NCBI GenBank assembly: GCA_963811165.1
Contig: CAWEQH010000004.1
Coordinates: 320,001-384,000 of the forward strand
Reading direction: 5' to 3'
Origin: an uncultured Nitrospiraceae bacterium
Lineage (GTDB): Bacteria > Nitrospirota > Thermodesulfovibrionia > Thermodesulfovibrionales > UBA6898
Length of the DNA: 64,000 nt
Part shown: positions 60,603 through 64,000 of the stretch, piece by piece
Position numbering within the stretch: the stretch's first letter is position 1
How the letters are laid out: the number at the start of each line of letters is the position of its first letter
Translations under genes and position numbers: made by a program
Notes under the pieces: model-generated
What the model saw: the letters and a program-made list of their open reading frames with translations, nothing else
Databases searched by the model: none
Told to the model about the DNA's origin: nothing

Positions 60603-60812
60603 ATGGCGGAAACAATAATCTATGGCAAGGCGGGTTGACCCTATACCGACAGGGCTAGGTCAGCCTACAACACAGCACAATATTTTGATGTGAAACAAGA
60701 CCCCATTAGACTTCAGGAAATGCTCCTGCATTCCAAAGGAGCCAGGAAAGTACCAGTCATTGTTGAAGGCGGCAAAGTATCAATAGGTTATGGGGGATCG
60801 TGAGGGGTTTGA
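60603..60812 (+). CDS. Glutaredoxin-like selenoprotein with two Sec (UXX-star type)
   Basis: MAETIIYGKAG-U-PYT...RKVPVIVEGGKVSIGYGGS-U-GV*; TGA at 60636 and 60801; RBS GGAGG; a hairpin follows each TGA. Confidence 0.85.
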
Positions 60813-60855
60813 TCCCGATAGTTTGTCGGGAAATAAATAACTGGAAGGAGAAAAG

Positions 60856-61131
60856 ATGGTTACTTCAATTATTCTCATGAATGTTGAAAGAACAAAAATC
60901 AACGAAGTAGCTGAACAACTGGCAGCAATGGATGGGATATCTGAAGTCTATTCAGTTAGTGGAAATTATGATCTGGTTGCAATTGCCCGTGTTCCATCAA
61001 CTGATGACCTTGCAAATCTTGTTACTAAAAAAATGGTCAGTATTAACGCCATTTTGAAATCAGAAACAATGCTAGCATTTAAGGCATTTTCACGTCACGA
61101 CCTTGAAGCAATGTTCTCTATCGGAGAGTAG
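60856..61131 (+). CDS. Lrp/AsnC ligand-binding-domain protein
   Basis: EVYSVSGNYDLVAI; RBS AGGAG. Confidence 0.88.
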   Translation: MVTSIILMNVERTKINEVAEQLAAMDGISEVYSVSGNYDLVAIARVPSTDDLANLVTKKMVSINAILKSETMLAFKAFSRHDLEAMFSIGE

Positions 61132-61155
61132 GGATGGGTATATCGGACTAACCCA

Positions 61156-61515
61156 TTACTTTTTCTTCTTCACCAGCCTATAGACAAGCCACACAATAGC
61201 AATAAAAATAATACCTGGCAGCAGTAAGAATGCCATAGGCATCAAAGGAAAAAACAACATAATAAACACGACAAAGACTATTGATAGCACCATAGCCAGG
61301 ATGAAGACGGATGGAATCAATAACACCAGCACCACCGCCAAGATAACCAAGCCCAAATACGCAGCAAGATAGCTGCCCACACTGGTTACATGCTTGCCAT
61401 TTATTGTTATTGTTGTGCCTGTCGAGAAGTTGATTACGGATACCAGCATCAACATGCCGATTACGATCAATAGTATTGTTTTCTTATTCATTATCATGCT
61501 TTTGATATGCTCCAA
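61156..61515 (-). CDS. Hypothetical membrane protein
   Basis: Highly hydrophobic 119-aa ORF. Confidence 0.65.
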   Translation of the reverse strand: MEHIKSMIMNKKTILLIVIGMLMLVSVINFSTGTTITINGKHVTSVGSYLAAYLGLVILAVVLVLLIPSVFILAMVLSIVFVVFIMLFFPLMPMAFLLLPGIIFIAIVWLVYRLVKKKK

Positions 61516-61660
61516 TTCTTGCCGACCCTAATCAAATGGCAATACTCTACCATAATTTTAAACGAGAGTTTACAACGGCTTTTTGAATTCATTGTGAAGA
61601 ATGCAAAAAATTATGCAGGTAATGAAAATAGCTGGTAAATTCTTCAAGTCTAGTAGTAAG

Positions 61661-61680
61661 TTCAAATTGTCTTCACAGTT
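61661..61680 (+). promoter_or_regulatory. Degenerate upstream motif of MSCPYF copy 3
   Basis: TTCAAATTGTCTTCACAGTT versus TTCAAATTATGTTCATAATT (16/20), at a similar distance from the ATG. Confidence 0.65.
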
Positions 61681-61733
61681 AAGTGGTAACTTGTACGTCA
61701 TGAAAAGCGTCTTGAGTATCAAAGGAGGTATAC

Positions 61734-61925
61734 ATGAGTTGCCCTTATTTTGAAGAAGGATACATCGGCACCTGTGGTGCATCAGAAACTAAGTATGTTC
61801 CGAGAATTGAAAGGATGGAGCAATACTGTTTTAAGCAGACATACATACTATGCCCGATCTTGTCGGCATCAACAGCTTTAAATGTTAGGAGGTTCAATAA
61901 TGGCGACTATATTGGTTGTAGATGA
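61734..61925 (+). CDS. Cys4 mini-protein (MSCPYF family, copy 3)
   Basis: Same Cys spacing; RBS AGGAGG; overlaps the downstream receiver gene. Confidence 0.85.
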   Translation: MSCPYFEEGYIGTCGASETKYVPRIERMEQYCFKQTYILCPILSASTALNVRRFNNGDYIGCR

Positions 61926-62331
61926 TGATGTTTTAGTCAGAAGCGTCCTGAAACGGATTCTGAACATGAATCGGCATGAAGTCATTGAAGCCCAGGATGG
62001 GCAGGAAGTCCTTGAACTCATTGATCCAAATGCCCTGCCTGACCTAATCCTAATGGATCACAAAATGCCAAAACTCAGTGGTGTAGACTGTGCCAGACAA
62101 CTAAAAAAACTATACCCTTTCCTAAAGATCGTCCTGATATCTGGTTGTTTTGCTGTTGATGACGATGGTTATCTTGCTGCCGTTAAATATTTGTTCACAG
62201 GCATTATTTTAAAACCATTCCAAATTAAAGATGTGGTCAGTGCTGTTCAATATGCTCTTGGTACTAAGCAGGAATATCCCGTCCGTTTGCTATCCCGACA
62301 CATAGCCCAGGAAATAACAGGGGGGTGGTGA
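61900..62331 (+). CDS. Single-domain response regulator (CheY-like)
   Basis: ILVVDDD, DLILMDHKMP, ISG, KPF. Confidence 0.9.
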   Translation: MATILVVDDDVLVRSVLKRILNMNRHEVIEAQDGQEVLELIDPNALPDLILMDHKMPKLSGVDCARQLKKLYPFLKIVLISGCFAVDDDGYLAAVKYLFTGIILKPFQIKDVVSAVQYALGTKQEYPVRLLSRHIAQEITGGW

Positions 62332-62376
62332 TGTTTCCGAACTATTGGGGCTTGGCTGTGGTAGATTAAATCAAGC

Positions 62377-63192
62377 ATGAATGATGCAATTGAACTGAGC
62401 GACACAGGGACCACGATGCCAGCCTTGTTTGTGGGGCATGGAAGCCCGATGAACGCCATAGAAGATAATGAATTTAGCAGGGCATGGATTAAAGCAGGTC
62501 AGTCTTTGCCTATCCCAAAGGCGATTCTGTGCATATCGGCTCACTGGATGACAAATGGGACACGTGTGACAGCTATGGAGAAACCAAAGACGATCCACGA
62601 TTTCGGCGGTTTTCCCAAGGAACTCTATCAGGTTCAATACCAAGCTGAAGGTTCTCCTTCATTGGCTCGTCTGACTGAACAGACCCTTAAAAAAACAAAC
62701 GTGGAAATGGATTTCAACTGGGGGCTTGATCATGGTACATGGTCAGTCTTGTCCCGTATGTTTCCTAATGCCGACATTCCCGTTGTTCAACTCAGTCTTG
62801 ATGGTCACAAGGAACCACAAGCTCACTATGACTTAGGAAAAGAATTACGATCACTGAGGAATAAGGGGGTACTGATTGTGGGTAGTGGCAATATGGTTCA
62901 CAATCTCATGATGCTATCATGGGGAGACACTGCTTACGACTGGGCTGTAGAATTTGACGAGATCCTGAAGCAGTTGATCCTGTCAGGTGACCACGACTCA
63001 ATTATTCACTATCAGAAGTTTGGCAAGGCATCAGATTTATCCGTGCCTACCAATGAACACTATCTGCCTCTTCTCTATATCCTTGGACTTAAGGATCGTG
63101 ACGAGAATGTCACGTTCTTTGCTGATAAGGTCACGTTGGGTTCTATATCCATGCGTTCAGTCAGGATAGGCCGACCAGGATTAATGCCCTAG
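62377..63192 (+). CDS. ygiD: 4,5-DOPA extradiol dioxygenase (LigB family)
   Basis: FVGHGSPMNA, SAHW, GLDHGTW, GSGNMVHNL, EHYLPL. Confidence 0.92.
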   Translation: MNDAIELSDTGTTMPALFVGHGSPMNAIEDNEFSRAWIKAGQSLPIPKAILCISAHWMTNGTRVTAMEKPKTIHDFGGFPKELYQVQYQAEGSPSLARLTEQTLKKTNVEMDFNWGLDHGTWSVLSRMFPNADIPVVQLSLDGHKEPQAHYDLGKELRSLRNKGVLIVGSGNMVHNLMMLSWGDTAYDWAVEFDEILKQLILSGDHDSIIHYQKFGKASDLSVPTNEHYLPLLYILGLKDRDENVTFFADKVTLGSISMRSVRIGRPGLMP

Positions 63193-63423
63193 CTTCATTG
63201 CTATGAATATAATTATGCCAACCAAAATAAAGGTAGGAATCAGAAAGGAAAAAAGCATAGCCCAAGCACCTTTCTTGTTTCCTAAATTGAAAGTCCAACC
63301 CAGCACAGGATTTCTCTTGGGTACTATCCACCTTGTATCTTTCTTGGAGAAGTAAAAACCTGGGGATGTCCAATTATCTTGCTTTTCCCACTCTGATTTA
63401 TTAATCTGGTCAATGTCAGCCAT
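63181..63423 (-). CDS. DUF5808-like small membrane protein
   Basis: FYFSKKDTRWIVPKRNPVLGWTFN followed by a TM. Confidence 0.75.
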   Translation of the reverse strand: MADIDQINKSEWEKQDNWTSPGFYFSKKDTRWIVPKRNPVLGWTFNLGNKKGAWAMLFSFLIPTFILVGIIIFIAMKLGH

Positions 63424-63436
63424 GGGGTATTCTATC

Positions 63437-63820
63437 CTAATAAACAAAACCAACAACCAACAAATAACACCCGACAATCAACATGATTACGCCTACTGGA
63501 TAAATCACCACAGGACTCAGGTTGACCTGCTGGATAATCTTGTTTGATAAATCAAGCAGCAGTATCCCGAACGTTCCCTTGAACAATGCTCCCCACCCTA
63601 GCAGTGTTGCTAATCCCGCTGCATTCAACGTCCATTGATTCAGTACCGAAACACTTAAAGCCCCTATGACCAGCACAACAAAAAAATACAGGAATCTAGT
63701 GGTTTCATTCTGAAGTGCCTTGACCAGCCTGACATAAAACCCAGCATTGAACAGCATCGAGCATGACAATACAATCAAAATGATACCCCAGAATCTTATC
63801 ATGATTAAGGCAGGGTTCAT
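63437..63820 (-). CDS. Hypothetical membrane protein
   Basis: About four TMs; TLLGW..LFKG. Confidence 0.75.
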   Translation of the reverse strand: MNPALIMIRFWGIILIVLSCSMLFNAGFYVRLVKALQNETTRFLYFFVVLVIGALSVSVLNQWTLNAAGLATLLGWGALFKGTFGILLLDLSNKIIQQVNLSPVVIYPVGVIMLIVGCYLLVVGFVY

Positions 63821-64000
63821 TATGTCGTCCTGTTGCTGATTTCTTTTTTGGCTTCCACAGTCTCGGCTGTTTCCTGCTTCTGCTCCATAGTGGTGGGGGA
63901 TGAAATTTCTTTAGGTGCTTCTTTTGCCTGGGGGGTAACGTTAATTTCCTTGGTGGCATCCGACATAGCACTTTTGAATTCTCTCATAGCCTTGCCCAAT
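63820..64000 (-). CDS. TatA/TatB-family subunit, C-terminal part (start is outside the window)
   Basis: LGKAMREFKSAM amphipathic helix followed by a charged tail. Confidence 0.7.
   Translation of the reverse strand, partial: LGKAMREFKSAMSDATKEINVTPQAKEAPKEISSPTTMEQKQETAETVEAKKEISNRTT

Noticed and set aside
60431..60658. 75-aa ORF from the ORF track
   Set aside because: It overlaps the 6S-like RNA and the start of the selenoprotein, has a TTG start without an RBS, and its conservation with 37.4 kb is structural rather than coding.
1..64000. CRISPR arrays, tRNA/rRNA genes, transposases, integrases, reverse transcriptases
   Set aside because: No regularly spaced repeats, cloverleaf consensus or relevant protein motifs were recognised by eye; tRNAscan-SE and a CRISPR finder would confirm.

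Overview
Bacterial chromosome segment, most plausibly an anaerobic Nitrospirota (Thermodesulfovibrionia-like) or a deltaproteobacterium-like organism; this taxonomy is inferred from gene content only. 1-19.3 kb is housekeeping: DUF255 thioredoxin protein, two Lys-rich histone-H1-like genes, a GGDEF-EAL protein, lptC-lptA-lptB-rpoN-hpf-rapZ, aroE, rsmB/PASTA/rpe and def-fmt. 19.6-32.2 kb is a partly decayed metal/stress region: ECF sigma, anti-sigma, TolC/MFP/ABC efflux, frameshifted chrA, DUF134 remnant, NifB/NifX, DsrE, CDF and OsmC. 33.5-58.6 kb holds csp, lipA, alaC, hom, metabolic genes, an orphan MtrA homologue and sigma54-linked modules. After a junction at about 59.08 kb the DNA looks more AT-rich. 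Features not visible in the ORF track: (i) two homologous 6S-RNA-like genes (about 37.3-37.5 kb, minus; about 60.39-60.56 kb, plus) with compensatory base changes, the second preceded by a ~165-nt rod-shaped leader whose 5' end can pair with the 6S closing stem; (ii) a glutaredoxin-like ORF with two in-frame TGA codons, each followed by a SECIS-like hairpin (60603-60812); (iii) three dispersed paralogues of an unknown MSCPYF Cys4 mini-protein, each preceded by the same palindromic motif. Several single-base frameshifts could be real decay or assembly error. No tRNA, rRNA, CRISPR array or transposase was recognised.
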